64,000 bases of DNA from an archaeon (GTDB lineage: Archaea > Nanobdellota > Nanobdellia > CSSed11-243R1), in NCBI GenBank assembly GCA_024277205.1, contig JAJRVP010000013.1:8735-72734 (forward strand). Direction: 5' to 3'. Below, piece after piece: positions 1 to 10,849 of the stretch; position 1 is the stretch's first letter, and the number at the start of each line of letters is the position of its first letter. The position numbers were made by a program, and so were the translations under genes. The notes below the pieces were generated by a model. The model did not search any database. It saw only the letters and a list, made by a program, of their open reading frames with translations, and was not told the origin of the DNA.

Positions 1-961
1 AACAGGAACTTATCCTTATGTTGGAAAAATATTTAGCGAAGATGGACAATATAACATACCACACACATTAGAAAAATCAAAAGATGGAACTGTTTATGTT
101 TCTTTTACAAAACTTCAAAAAATACCAGTTGTAGTTTTAATGAAAGCATTAGGCATGACAAAAGATAAAGATATAATTGAATCAATTTCTACAGATAGCA
201 AATTCTCATCTGACCTCTATATTAATATTTATGAAGCAAAGGATTTGAAAAAAATAGAAGACGCATTAGAAAATATTGGAAAGAGAATGGGTATTATGAT
301 TCCTGAAAAAAGAATTGAAAGAGCAGAAGAAGTAATTGATAAATTCTTTTTACCTCACATTGGACATTCAAAAGAATCAAGAATGCTTAAAGCATTATTC
401 TTGGCTCGTGCAGTTAGAAAATTATTACTTGTTTCTTATGGTGATGCTGAAGTAGATGATAAGGACCATTATAGTAATAAAAGATTAAGACTTTGCGGAG
501 ACCTTTTAGAAAACTTGTTTAGATTTTCATTTAGAATGATAATTGGAGATGCAAAATATAATTTTGAAAGACTTGTAAAACGTGGTAAAATACCTAATCT
601 ACAATCAGTTATACGTTCTCAATTATTAACATCAAGATTAAGAAGCGCATTAGCAACAGGCGAATGGATTGGAGATAGACATGGAATCTCACAGCATCTT
701 GATAGATTAAACTACTTTGCAACACTTTCACATATAAGGAGAGTTGTTTCACTTTTAACTGCAAGCAGAGAGAACTTTGAAGCTCGTGATTTGCACCCAA
801 CTCACTGGGGTAGGTTATGTACATCTGAAACCCCAGAAGGTGTAAATGTAGGACTTAGAAAGAACCTTGCAATCACTTGTGAAATTTCAACTGAACCTGA
901 AATTGGAGAGGATGAAATCATTTCAAAATTAAAGAAATTAGGATTGGAGAAGGTAGGATAA
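1..961 (+). CDS. rpoB2: DNA-directed RNA polymerase subunit B'' (Rpo2N), 3' partial gene continuing from upstream of the window
   Basis: Frame 2 is open from position 2 (TGTYPYVGKIFSEDGQYNIP...KIPVVVLMKALG...) and matches the RpoB N-terminal half; it is followed immediately by the B' gene, as in archaea with split rpoB. Confidence 0.85.
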   Translation, partial: TGTYPYVGKIFSEDGQYNIPHTLEKSKDGTVYVSFTKLQKIPVVVLMKALGMTKDKDIIESISTDSKFSSDLYINIYEAKDLKKIEDALENIGKRMGIMIPEKRIERAEEVIDKFFLPHIGHSKESRMLKALFLARAVRKLLLVSYGDAEVDDKDHYSNKRLRLCGDLLENLFRFSFRMIIGDAKYNFERLVKRGKIPNLQSVIRSQLLTSRLRSALATGEWIGDRHGISQHLDRLNYFATLSHIRRVVSLLTASRENFEARDLHPTHWGRLCTSETPEGVNVGLRKNLAITCEISTEPEIGEDEIISKLKKLGLEKVG

Positions 962-2763
962 TGGCAAATGTCTTTTTGAATGGTAAATTTATTGGAACTC
1001 ACAAAAATCCTGATAAATTAATTAAAGAAATAAAGGAAATGCGTAGAAATGGTAGCATGCCTTCTGAAATAAATGTTTCTTACTATAATGACGAAGATAG
1101 TATTTTCATATTTTCTGATAAAGGAAGAGCAAGAAGGCCATTAATTGTTGTAAAAAATGGTAAGTCTTTGCTAACAAAAGAACATATTGAAAAACTTAAG
1201 AAAAATGAGATTAAATGGGATGACTTAGTTAAAGAAGGAGTAATTGAATATCTTGATGCAGAAGAAGAGGAGAATGCATTGATTGCTGTTGATGAAAATG
1301 ATATTACACCAGAGCACACACATCTTGAAATTTCACCAATAGTTATTATGGGACCACAAGCAAACATGGTTCCTTATGCTCAACACTCTTTAAGTTATCG
1401 TATTACACTTGGAGCTAAGATGACAAAGCAATCACTAGGTATTTATGCAACAAATCTTCCTGTGCGCGCAGACACTGATGTTTCAGTAATACATTATCCT
1501 CAAGTTCCAATTGTTAAAACACAAATGTATGATCTGTTAAGAGTAGAGAATCATCCAGCTGGACAAAATGTAATTGTAGCAATAATGCCATTTGAAGGAT
1601 ATAACATTCATGATGCAGTTGTTATAAATAAAGCAAGTATTGATAGGGGGCTTTTTAGGGCAACAACATATAGACCATACAAATGCGAAGAACTAAGATA
1701 CCCTGGCGGACAAACAGATACAATTGCTGTTCCTGATAAGGATATAAAAGGGTATAGAACAGAACACGCGTATAGGTATCTTGAAGGGGATGGAATTGTT
1801 TATCCAGAGGTTGAAGTAAAACCTGGAGATGTTTTAGTTGGAAAAGTTTCACCACCAAGATTCTTGTCAAGCCTTGAAGAATTGCGTGTTGGGACAGAAG
1901 CACAAAGAGAAACCTCTACAACTCTTGCACACGGAGAACAAGGTGTTGTTGAGAGTGTTTTAATTTCTGAAAGTGAAGAAGGAAATAAATTTGTAAAAGT
2001 TAAAGTTAGAGATCAAAGAATTCCAGAGCTCGGAGATAAGTTTGCTTCACGTCACGGACAAAAAGGCATTCTTGGTTTGATTATTCCTGAGGAAGATATG
2101 CCATTTACAGAAAATGGAATAGTCCCAGATATCATATTCTCACCACATTCAATTCCAACCCGTATGACAGTAGGACACCTAATTGAAATATTGGGTGGAA
2201 AAGTTGGAGCCCTAAAAGGAAAGTCTATTGATGCTACTGCATTTCAAAGTATCAATGAATTTGAACTTAGAAAAATGTTAAAGGAAGCGGGTTTCAAAGA
2301 AGATGGAACCGAAGTCATGTATGATGGAAGAACAGGTGAACGAATCAGGGCAAGAATTTTTGTTGGAAGCCAATACTACTACAGGTTAAGACACATGGTT
2401 GCAAACAAAATACATGCAAGAAGCAGAGGACCAGTACAACTTTTGACAAGACAACCAACAGAAGGCCGTGCAAAAGAAGGTGGATTAAGACTTGGAGAAA
2501 TGGAGAAAGACTGCTTTGTTGGACATGGTGCAGCTCTATTGCTCAAAGAGAGGTTTGATTCAGACAGGGCAGTTATTCCAATTTGTAAACAATGCGGACT
2601 TTTAGCAATCTATAATAAATTTAAGAACAAGACAGTTTGTCCTGTTTGCGGAGATGATGCACCAGTTACTTTTGTTGAGATGGCTTATGCTTTCAAATTA
2701 TTGTTAGACGAATTAAAATCAATGTGTATTTATCCAAAATTAAATTTAAAACCCAAGTATTGA
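961..2763 (+). CDS. rpoB1: DNA-directed RNA polymerase subunit B' (Rpo2C)
   Basis: 600 aa with conserved RpoB C-terminal motifs (GDKFASRHGQKG, GEMEKDC) and a C-terminal Zn-binding CxxC...CxxC; the start overlaps the B'' stop (ATAATGG). Confidence 0.93.
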   Translation: MANVFLNGKFIGTHKNPDKLIKEIKEMRRNGSMPSEINVSYYNDEDSIFIFSDKGRARRPLIVVKNGKSLLTKEHIEKLKKNEIKWDDLVKEGVIEYLDAEEEENALIAVDENDITPEHTHLEISPIVIMGPQANMVPYAQHSLSYRITLGAKMTKQSLGIYATNLPVRADTDVSVIHYPQVPIVKTQMYDLLRVENHPAGQNVIVAIMPFEGYNIHDAVVINKASIDRGLFRATTYRPYKCEELRYPGGQTDTIAVPDKDIKGYRTEHAYRYLEGDGIVYPEVEVKPGDVLVGKVSPPRFLSSLEELRVGTEAQRETSTTLAHGEQGVVESVLISESEEGNKFVKVKVRDQRIPELGDKFASRHGQKGILGLIIPEEDMPFTENGIVPDIIFSPHSIPTRMTVGHLIEILGGKVGALKGKSIDATAFQSINEFELRKMLKEAGFKEDGTEVMYDGRTGERIRARIFVGSQYYYRLRHMVANKIHARSRGPVQLLTRQPTEGRAKEGGLRLGEMEKDCFVGHGAALLLKERFDSDRAVIPICKQCGLLAIYNKFKNKTVCPVCGDDAPVTFVEMAYAFKLLLDELKSMCIYPKLNLKPKY

Positions 2764-2776
2764 GGTGTAGAAACAT

Positions 2777-5419
2777 ATGATAGATGATGGGATAACCATA
2801 AACAAGGTATTGAGGGAAAAGGTAGGTTCGATAGAATTTAGAATGCTTTCCCCAGAATTAATTAAAAAAATGGGTGTAGTAAAAGTAGTTACACCAGAAC
2901 TATATGATGCAGATGGTTATCCAATTGATTCTTCTCTTATGGATTTAAAGATGGGAGTAATTGACCCAGGATTAAGATGTAGAACTTGTGGTGGAAAAGT
3001 TAGAGAATGTCCAGGACACTTTGGATATATTGAGCTTGCACGTCCTGTTTTCCACATAAGATATATCCCATTAATTTATGTTTTCTTAAAAAGCACATGT
3101 TCAGATTGTGGTAGAATTCTTTTGCCACAGGTTGAAATTGAAAAATGGCTAGAAAGATTAAGAAATATAAAAAAGATAAGAGGAACTATCAGCAGATTAG
3201 CAATTATCAAAGCTATTGTAAATAAAACAAAGTTAATTAAAAAATGCCCACATTGTGGTGCAAAACAAGAAAAGATAAAACTTGTTAAACCATCTTCTTT
3301 TGTTGAAGGAAATAAAAAATTAACACCTGTTGATGTTCTTGAAAGACTAAAAAGAGTTTCTGACACAGATTCTGAACTTTTAGGAATATCACCAGCAGCA
3401 GGAAGACCAGAATGGATGGTATTAACTCTTTTACCAGTTCCGCCAGTTTCAGTTAGGCCTTCAATAACATTGGAATCTGGTGAAAGAAGCGAAGATGATT
3501 TGACTCACAAACTTAGTGACATAGTTAGAACAAATCAAAGATTATATGAAAACCTTAGTGCTGGTGCACCAGAAATAATTATCGAGGATCTATGGGATTT
3601 GCTTCAGTATCATGTTACAACATTTTTCGCAAATAATATTTCGCAAGTTCCACCTGCGAGACACAGAAGCGGGCGTCCACTTAAAACTCTTGCGGAAAGA
3701 ATTAAAGGAAAAGAAGGAAGATTCAGAAGAAACCTTGCAGGTAAGCGTGTTAATTTCTCTGCAAGAACAGTTATTTCTCCTGATTCTCAATTAGATATTG
3801 ACGAAGTCGGAGTTCCAGAAGTAATTGCAAAAGAACTTACAGTTCCAGAAAGAGTAACAGAATGGAACATAAAAGAATTAAAAGAATATGTTAAAAATGG
3901 ACCAGACAAATATCCAAGTGCAAATTATGTTATAACACCAGATGGAAAACGTAAGGTTATTTCTGATGAAACAAGAGAAGTATTATTAGAAGAATTAGCA
4001 CCAGGATATATTGTTGAAAGACATTTGAAGGACGGAGATATTGTTTTGTTCAATAGACAGCCATCATTGCATAGAATGAGCATTATGGCGCATAAGGTTA
4101 GGGTGTTACCACATAAAACATTTAGACTAAATCTTTGCACAGTAGTTCCATACAATGCAGACTTTGATGGAGACGAAATGAACTTACATGTTCCACAAAC
4201 AGAAGAAGCAAGAGCAGAAGCAGAATTTCTTTTAGGAGTGCAAAATAACATTGTTACGCCAAGATATGGGCTTCCAATTATTGGATGTGTACAAGACCAA
4301 ATTACTGGACTGTATTTGTTGACAAAAACAGAAGATTTATTTTCGCAAAAAGAAGTATCGCAATTGCTTGCACAAGCAAGAGTCACTCAACTTCCAAAGA
4401 AACCAGCTTCAAGAAAAGGTGGAATTAATTATTATAATGGAAAACAAATATTCTCAATGATTCTTCCAGAGGTAGATTATAGGGAAAAATCAAAAACCTG
4501 TCCAAAACACCAACATTGTAAAGACCCAAGATGTAAATATTCAATGGTTGTAATTGAAAAAGGAGAATTAAAACAGGGCGTAATCGATGTTAAAGCAATT
4601 GGACCTGAAGCTCCAAAAGGAAAATTAATTCAAGCTATAATAAATAAATACGGCGACAAAGCAGCAGTTGAGTTTATACAAAAAGCAGCATTGTTAGGTA
4701 TGGCATACCTACAGAAAATTGGGTTTACTACTCTTTTAACAGATACTGATTTGCCAGAAGAAGCAATTAAAGAGATTAAAGAAGCATTTGACTTTGCACA
4801 AAAGAAAATAGATGCATATATTAAAGATTATGAAGAAGGCAAATTAGAAGCATATCCTGGAAGAACAGTTAGAGAAACACTTGAATTCAAAATAATTGAA
4901 TCAATTAACAGAGCAAGAAACAAAACAGGTAGAATTGTAGAAAGACACCTTAAACAAGATAATTATACATTAATCATGGCACAGTCAGGTGCAAGAGGTT
5001 CATTACTTAACTTATCACTTATGTCTGCCTCTGTAGGACAGCTTAGCCTTAGAGGAACAAGAATTAGAAAGGGTTATAGAAATAGAACATTGCCACACTT
5101 TAGATGGGGAGATGTTGGTCCTGCAGCAGGAGGTTTTGTAAGACATTCATACAAAGGTGGATTGACACCAACAGAATTTTTCTTTAACGCAATCACTGGT
5201 AGAGATACAATTATGGATACCTCAATGAGAACACCTAAATCTGGTTATCTTCAAAGAAGATTGATTAATGCACTTCAAGACTTAAAAATTGCATATGATA
5301 ACACAGTAAGAGATGCGTCAGGAAGAATTGTGCAGTTTGTATACGGTGGAGATGGAATTGATGTTTCTAAATCCGATAATGGAAGATTACTTATTCCAAA
5401 GGAGGAAGTAGTCAAATGA
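2777..5419 (+). CDS. rpoA1: DNA-directed RNA polymerase subunit A' (Rpo1N)
   Basis: 880 aa with an N-terminal Zn-binding CRTCGG..C, the [10 protein letters not shown] catalytic aspartate motif, and RNAP largest-subunit clamp/funnel regions. Confidence 0.95.
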   Translation: MIDDGITINKVLREKVGSIEFRMLSPELIKKMGVVKVVTPELYDADGYPIDSSLMDLKMGVIDPGLRCRTCGGKVRECPGHFGYIELARPVFHIRYIPLIYVFLKSTCSDCGRILLPQVEIEKWLERLRNIKKIRGTISRLAIIKAIVNKTKLIKKCPHCGAKQEKIKLVKPSSFVEGNKKLTPVDVLERLKRVSDTDSELLGISPAAGRPEWMVLTLLPVPPVSVRPSITLESGERSEDDLTHKLSDIVRTNQRLYENLSAGAPEIIIEDLWDLLQYHVTTFFANNISQVPPARHRSGRPLKTLAERIKGKEGRFRRNLAGKRVNFSARTVISPDSQLDIDEVGVPEVIAKELTVPERVTEWNIKELKEYVKNGPDKYPSANYVITPDGKRKVISDETREVLLEELAPGYIVERHLKDGDIVLFNRQPSLHRMSIMAHKVRVLPHKTFRLNLCTVVPYNADFDGDEMNLHVPQTEEARAEAEFLLGVQNNIVTPRYGLPIIGCVQDQITGLYLLTKTEDLFSQKEVSQLLAQARVTQLPKKPASRKGGINYYNGKQIFSMILPEVDYREKSKTCPKHQHCKDPRCKYSMVVIEKGELKQGVIDVKAIGPEAPKGKLIQAIINKYGDKAAVEFIQKAALLGMAYLQKIGFTTLLTDTDLPEEAIKEIKEAFDFAQKKIDAYIKDYEEGKLEAYPGRTVRETLEFKIIESINRARNKTGRIVERHLKQDNYTLIMAQSGARGSLLNLSLMSASVGQLSLRGTRIRKGYRNRTLPHFRWGDVGPAAGGFVRHSYKGGLTPTEFFFNAITGRDTIMDTSMRTPKSGYLQRRLINALQDLKIAYDNTVRDASGRIVQFVYGGDGIDVSKSDNGRLLIPKEEVVK

Positions 5420-6540
5420 TATTACCACAATCTGTAGAAGAACAATTGAAAGAATTGAAAGAAACACTTAAACTTAACAAGGCACAGATGGAAAAGTTGA
5501 GAAAAATAGCAGAGAGACAATATGAAAAGGCATTAATTGAACCTGGAGAAGCAGTTGGTGTTGTTGCTGCACAATCAATTGGAGAACCAGGTACTCAGCT
5601 TACTCTTCGTACTAAATGGCTTGCAGGAGCAACAGAAATGACTGTTACTCAAGGTTTGCCACGTTTAATAGAAATTTTTGATGCAAGAAGAGAACCAAGC
5701 ACTCCTGCTATGACAATATTCTTAAAACCATCCTATGCAACAAGTGAGCAAAGAGTTGAAGAGATTGCACTTAAAATTTTAGAAATCACACTTGATGATA
5801 TTATCAAGGAAATTGATGTTGACTTATTGAGAATGAGAGTTGAAATTGAACTTGACCCACAAAAGATGAAAAAGTTTGGAATAAAAGAAAAGAAAGTTCA
5901 TGAAATAATTTATGAAGAGTTTAAAACAGCAAAAATAACAACAGGAGCATACAAAATAAATGTCAAACCAAAAGATGAGGATATTGATATAAGAAAATTA
6001 TACAAATTAAAAGTAAAACTTAGGGCAATTCATATTGGTGGTATAAAAGGAATTAAGCAAGTTCTTCCAGTAAAGCACGGAAACAATTGGATAATTAAAA
6101 CTTCTGGTACAAACTTAAAAGAAATTTTAAAACTCCCAGAAGTTGATATTGAAAACACAACAACAAATGACATATTTGAAGTGTTTAGTGTTCTTGGAAT
6201 TGAAGCTGCAAGAAACACAATTATTGAAGAAACCATAAATGTCTTGAAAAATCAAGGTATTGAGGTTGATGTTAGACATATTATGCTTGTTGCAGATGTA
6301 ATGACAAATGATGGAACAATTAAAGGAATTGGACGTTATGGTGTAAGTGGTGCAAAAGCATCAGTACTTGCACGTGCAAGCTTTGAAGTACCATTAAAAC
6401 ACTTATTCAATGCAGCAGTATCTGCTGAAGTTGATGATTTGAGAAGCGTAGTTGAAAATGTTATGATTAATCAACCTGTTCCAGTAGGAACTGGTTTAGT
6501 CAATCTTAAAGTTGAAAAAAAGGAGGATAAGAAGAAATGA
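5416..6540 (+). CDS. rpoA2: DNA-directed RNA polymerase subunit A'' (Rpo1C)
   Basis: 374 aa with trigger-loop-like region ([13 protein letters not shown]); overlaps the A' stop (ATGA), typical archaeal split rpoA. Confidence 0.92.
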   Translation: MILPQSVEEQLKELKETLKLNKAQMEKLRKIAERQYEKALIEPGEAVGVVAAQSIGEPGTQLTLRTKWLAGATEMTVTQGLPRLIEIFDARREPSTPAMTIFLKPSYATSEQRVEEIALKILEITLDDIIKEIDVDLLRMRVEIELDPQKMKKFGIKEKKVHEIIYEEFKTAKITTGAYKINVKPKDEDIDIRKLYKLKVKLRAIHIGGIKGIKQVLPVKHGNNWIIKTSGTNLKEILKLPEVDIENTTTNDIFEVFSVLGIEAARNTIIEETINVLKNQGIEVDVRHIMLVADVMTNDGTIKGIGRYGVSGAKASVLARASFEVPLKHLFNAAVSAEVDDLRSVVENVMINQPVPVGTGLVNLKVEKKEDKKK

Positions 6541-6821
6541 CAGAAACAATTAGTGATTTGCCTCAAGAATTTAAAAAAGCAATTGGAACAAAAAACTTAA
6601 TTTTTGGTTCAAAAAGCGTAGTTAAGGCATTAAAACTAGGGAAAATTGGAAAAGTTATTTTTGCATCAAATGCGCCAGAGAGCCTAAAAAAGGATTTAGA
6701 ATACTATGCAAAACTTTCAAATACAGAACTTAATGAATTCAAAGGAAGCAATAAAGAATTGGGTGTAAAATGCAAAAGAGCCCACAGTGTTTTGGTTGTG
6801 GCTTTGTTAAAGAGTAAGTAA
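6537..6821 (+). CDS. rpl30e: ribosomal protein L30e
   Basis: 94 aa, L7Ae/L30e fold signature ([16 protein letters not shown]...); conserved position after rpoA'' in the archaeal rpo operon. Confidence 0.8.
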   Translation: MTETISDLPQEFKKAIGTKNLIFGSKSVVKALKLGKIGKVIFASNAPESLKKDLEYYAKLSNTELNEFKGSNKELGVKCKRAHSVLVVALLKSK

Positions 6822-6822
6822 A

Positions 6823-7248
6823 ATGGCAAACAAAATAAAACTTTCAATTGAGGACATAGGACTTATAACTACTTTTGAAAATGTTACTGGCGCCTCTGTT
6901 AAAGATTGTATTGTTGATAAAGAAAAAGAAAAGATAACCTTTATTGTTGCAGAAGGACAAGCAGGAATTGCAATTGGGAAAGGCGGAATAAATATCAAAA
7001 GACTTGAAGAAAAATTAAAGAAAAGAATTGAAGTTTTAGAATTTTCAAATGACCCATTGAAATTTGTTTCAAACATATTCCGTCCAATAAAAGTAAAAAA
7101 TGCATATATTGCTGAAAAATCTGATGGAACAAAAACCCTTTATGTTTCTCTTATTAAAGATAAATTGGGAATGATAAAAACAAAAAGCAAAAATGCTAGA
7201 GAATTAATTAAAAAGTATTTTAATATTGATGAAATTACAATTCAGTAA
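6823..7248 (+). CDS. nusA: transcription elongation factor NusA (archaeal KH-domain type)
   Basis: 141 aa with KH motif IGKGGINIKRLEEKL; conserved position between L30e and S12. Confidence 0.8.
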   Translation: MANKIKLSIEDIGLITTFENVTGASVKDCIVDKEKEKITFIVAEGQAGIAIGKGGINIKRLEEKLKKRIEVLEFSNDPLKFVSNIFRPIKVKNAYIAEKSDGTKTLYVSLIKDKLGMIKTKSKNARELIKKYFNIDEITIQ

Positions 7249-7268
7249 TCTTTATAAATAGTTTTTAA

Positions 7269-7721
7269 TTGGGATTTGATATGGCTAATAAACCAAGAGG
7301 ATTAAATGCTGGAAAGAAGCTAAGGCAGAGAAGGAAAAAATTCCTTTTTGCAAAAAAGGATTTAGCTAAAATGAAGACTAAGGAATACAAAAAAACAGAT
7401 CCACTCGAAGGTTCTCCAGCAGCAAGAGGAATTGTCTTGCAAAAAATGGAGATAGAAGTTAAACAGCCACACTCAGGTTTAAGAAAGTGTGTTAAAGTTC
7501 AAGTTGCAAAAAATGGAAGAACTATTACTGCTTACGCTGGTTATGGCCCAGGTGCAATTAAATTTATTGATGAACATAATGAAGTTATAATTGAAAGAAT
7601 GGGCGCACCACAAAGAAGAGCTTTCGGAGATATGCCAGGTGTTAAATTTAGAGTCATAAAAGTTAATGGTGTATCAATTAATGAACTTGTAAAAGGAAGA
7701 AAAGAAAAACCAATGCGTTAA
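7269..7721 (+). CDS. rps12: ribosomal protein S12 (uS12)
   Basis: 150 aa, highly conserved (PNSALRKC-like LRKCVKVQ..., KPRGLNAGKKL). Confidence 0.92.
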   Translation: MGFDMANKPRGLNAGKKLRQRRKKFLFAKKDLAKMKTKEYKKTDPLEGSPAARGIVLQKMEIEVKQPHSGLRKCVKVQVAKNGRTITAYAGYGPGAIKFIDEHNEVIIERMGAPQRRAFGDMPGVKFRVIKVNGVSINELVKGRKEKPMR

Positions 7722-7723
7722 CC

Positions 7724-7744
7724 TTTCTCTTTATAAAAGAGAAA
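7724..7744 (+). promoter_or_regulatory. perfect 9-bp hairpin (TTTCTCTTT-ATA-AAAGAGAAA) embedding a TATA-like TTTATAAAAG between S12 and S7
   Basis: Inverted repeat read directly from the sequence; could be an intrinsic terminator-like hairpin and/or an S7 promoter element. Confidence 0.3.
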
Positions 7745-7779
7745 CGTTAGCGAAAGAGAAAATTTTCAGAAAGCAGGGG

Positions 7780-8379
<600 letters not shown>

Positions 8380-8431
8380 TTATAAATTCTTTCTTTTTCG
8401 TGCAGGTTTTTCTTTTTAAGAAAAATGTAGA

Positions 8432-10075
8432 TTATTCATGTTTAAGCACCGTTTGATGCGGCATTTCTAAACTTGCTTTTATTAGACCCACAAATAAAGG
8501 TGCTGGATTTTCAAATCTTGAATGGAATTCTGGATGCGCTTGGGTTGCAATAAAAAATCTATGATTTGGAAGCTCAAGAAATTCCATTAATTTTTTATCA
8601 GGGCTTTTACCTGAAAACAATAATCCCTTTTCCTCAAGTTTTTCTATGAATTCTGGATTAACTTCATAACGATGTCTATGTCTTTCAGAAACAAACTCCT
8701 TTCCATATAATTCCCTAACTTTTGTCCCTTCTTTTAAAACAGCAGGATAAGCACCAAGCCGCATTGTGGCACCATATTGCTTTAATTTAATTAATTCTTT
8801 TTGCTCTGGCATAAAATCAATTACAGGATATTTTGTATCTGGGTCATTTTCTGTTGTATTTGCTCCTCGCATTCCGCAAACATTTCTTGCAAATTCAATT
8901 ACTGCCATTTGAAGTCCATAGCAAAGCCCGAGAAATGGCACATTATTCTCACGGCAATATTTAATGGTTTCAATTATCCCTTCTGTACCCATCTTCCCAA
9001 ATCCGCCAGGCACAACAATCCCATCATATTTTTTCAAAATTTCAGTTCCTTGCTCTTCAATTTTTGTTGACTGTATTTGTTCAATTAAGGGCTTAACTTT
9101 AAGATGTGCGCAAGCATGCCTTATTGCTTCTAAAACAGAAATATAAACATCCTTATGCTCAGAATCTCCATATGCAACATATTTTCCAACAACACCAATC
9201 TTAACAACTTTATCTGCATTTTTCATGTTTTCCAAGAGATGAGCCCATTTTTTCAAATCATCTTTTTTTGGATTAAGTCCAAACTTTTCAAGAATCTTTT
9301 TTCCAAAATTTTGCTCTTTAAAAATTAAAGGCACTTCATAAATTGTTTCTGAATCTGGGTCTTCAATTACATTTCCTTTGTCAATAAAACAAAGTTTTGA
9401 TATTTTGTCTTTTCTTGGCTCATCAATCCTTCTTTCACTTCTTGTAACAATAAAATCTGGCATTATGCCAGTTTCTCTTAAAAGTGCAGCAGCATGTTGC
9501 GTTGGTTTTGTTTTTAATTCCCCAACATTTTTCAAAAAAGGAATGTATGTAACTAAGATATATACTGAAGGAGTTTCTCTTCCCAATTCTCTTGCAGCAT
9601 AAAGAAAAACTTCATTTTGTATATCTCCTGTTGTTCCCCCAATTTCAACAAGCACAAAATCATTGTCTTCTTCTACAGCCCTTATCCTATCTTTTATTTC
9701 ATTTATAATATCTGGTACTACTTCTGCATTTTTACCTTTATAACCAAGTTCTCTTTCCCTATTTATGACAGCAAGATATATCTGCCCAGTTGTTATGTTG
9801 TTTCTTTTTGGCAGATTTTTATTAAGAAATCTTTCATAATTTCCTAAATCTTGGTCTATCTCTCCCCCATCTTCTGTTACCCAAACTTCACCATGTTCAG
9901 TTGGACGCATTGTACCAGCGTCAAGATTTATGTAGGGATCAATCTTAATTGCTGTAACTTTGTAACCATAACTTTGGAGCAGTTTTCCAATAGAAGAAGT
10001 TACAATCCCCTTTCCTAAACCTGAAAGCACACCACCTACAACAAATATATATTTAGCACCCATGTAAAAAAACAA
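8432..10075 (-). CDS. pyrG: CTP synthase
   Basis: N-terminal synthetase motif (IFVVGGVLSGLGKGI), C-terminal class-I glutamine amidotransferase (GLCYGLQ, HRHRYEVN); the likely true start is the internal Met at about 10063. Confidence 0.93.
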   Translation of the reverse strand: MFFYMGAKYIFVVGGVLSGLGKGIVTSSIGKLLQSYGYKVTAIKIDPYINLDAGTMRPTEHGEVWVTEDGGEIDQDLGNYERFLNKNLPKRNNITTGQIYLAVINRERELGYKGKNAEVVPDIINEIKDRIRAVEEDNDFVLVEIGGTTGDIQNEVFLYAARELGRETPSVYILVTYIPFLKNVGELKTKPTQHAAALLRETGIMPDFIVTRSERRIDEPRKDKISKLCFIDKGNVIEDPDSETIYEVPLIFKEQNFGKKILEKFGLNPKKDDLKKWAHLLENMKNADKVVKIGVVGKYVAYGDSEHKDVYISVLEAIRHACAHLKVKPLIEQIQSTKIEEQGTEILKKYDGIVVPGGFGKMGTEGIIETIKYCRENNVPFLGLCYGLQMAVIEFARNVCGMRGANTTENDPDTKYPVIDFMPEQKELIKLKQYGATMRLGAYPAVLKEGTKVRELYGKEFVSERHRHRYEVNPEFIEKLEEKGLLFSGKSPDKKLMEFLELPNHRFFIATQAHPEFHSRFENPAPLFVGLIKASLEMPHQTVLKHE

Positions 10076-10160
10076 TCACGCCATCTATTAAAAAGATTGT
10101 TGTTGCAAAAGAAAGGATAATTAAAAGAAATATTTATAAAATGTTTACTACTTCATAGTC

Positions 10161-10814
10161 ATGGGTGATTTAATGGATTATCGAGCACAAGCAGATAAAA
10201 TTTTAAAACAAGCTTTAAAAGATGAAATTGAACGGAAAAAATATGTTGGCATAGTTTTATATTTTCAAGCCCAAATCGAAAAAAGAAATAGATTAGGAAG
10301 ACCAATTGTTGAAAGAACAATACCTGATGTTGCTGAGGTTCTTAAAGAATTTGGATATAAAGGGTTGTTATATGATGAACGCCAAATAGATTTTTCAATA
10401 GAGAGAGATGATATTCCATTTGCCATTTTTCTCGGACCAAGACATTATTTTAAGGAGGATTACACTGCTATTATAGTTCAAACTCAAACACCTTATGGAG
10501 ATAAAGCCATAGTGCTTAACAATGATATCAGGGACAGATTGGAAGATGTTGTTAATGTTTTAGATGAAACCAGCATTTCATTTAATTTTAGAGATCTACA
10601 CATGAAATCCCTTTGTAATGGGGATTGCAGAGATGAAATTTCCTTGTTTAAACAAATTGCTGGAGATTGGGACATAGGTTACTCAACATTTACTAAAAAA
10701 GGAAGATTAGAACCAGAAGATTATTTCAAACTTGTAAGTGCATTAGAAGCAGTAAAAGTATTCCAACAAAGGATGCAATTAATCCCTGTTTGCGACCTTT
10801 TAGGAATTAAATAG
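10161..10814 (+). CDS. hypothetical protein (217 aa)
   Basis: Long ORF in coding-dense context, divergent from pyrG; no motif recognised. Confidence 0.5.
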   Translation: MGDLMDYRAQADKILKQALKDEIERKKYVGIVLYFQAQIEKRNRLGRPIVERTIPDVAEVLKEFGYKGLLYDERQIDFSIERDDIPFAIFLGPRHYFKEDYTAIIVQTQTPYGDKAIVLNNDIRDRLEDVVNVLDETSISFNFRDLHMKSLCNGDCRDEISLFKQIAGDWDIGYSTFTKKGRLEPEDYFKLVSALEAVKVFQQRMQLIPVCDLLGIK

Positions 10815-10849
10815 TAACTTTTAAAAACCCTACTTCTTTCTAAATTTCC

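Noticed and set aside
609-1002. Two minus-strand ORFs (71 and 66 aa) inside rpoB''
   Set aside because: Antisense to a highly conserved RNAP subunit gene.
8380-8431. TTCTTTTTAAGAAAAA palindrome between convergent rps7 and pyrG, similar to the tRNA intron motif
   Set aside because: It lies in a convergent intergenic spacer with no tRNA-like flanks. It is most simply a bidirectional terminator-like AT-rich palindrome.
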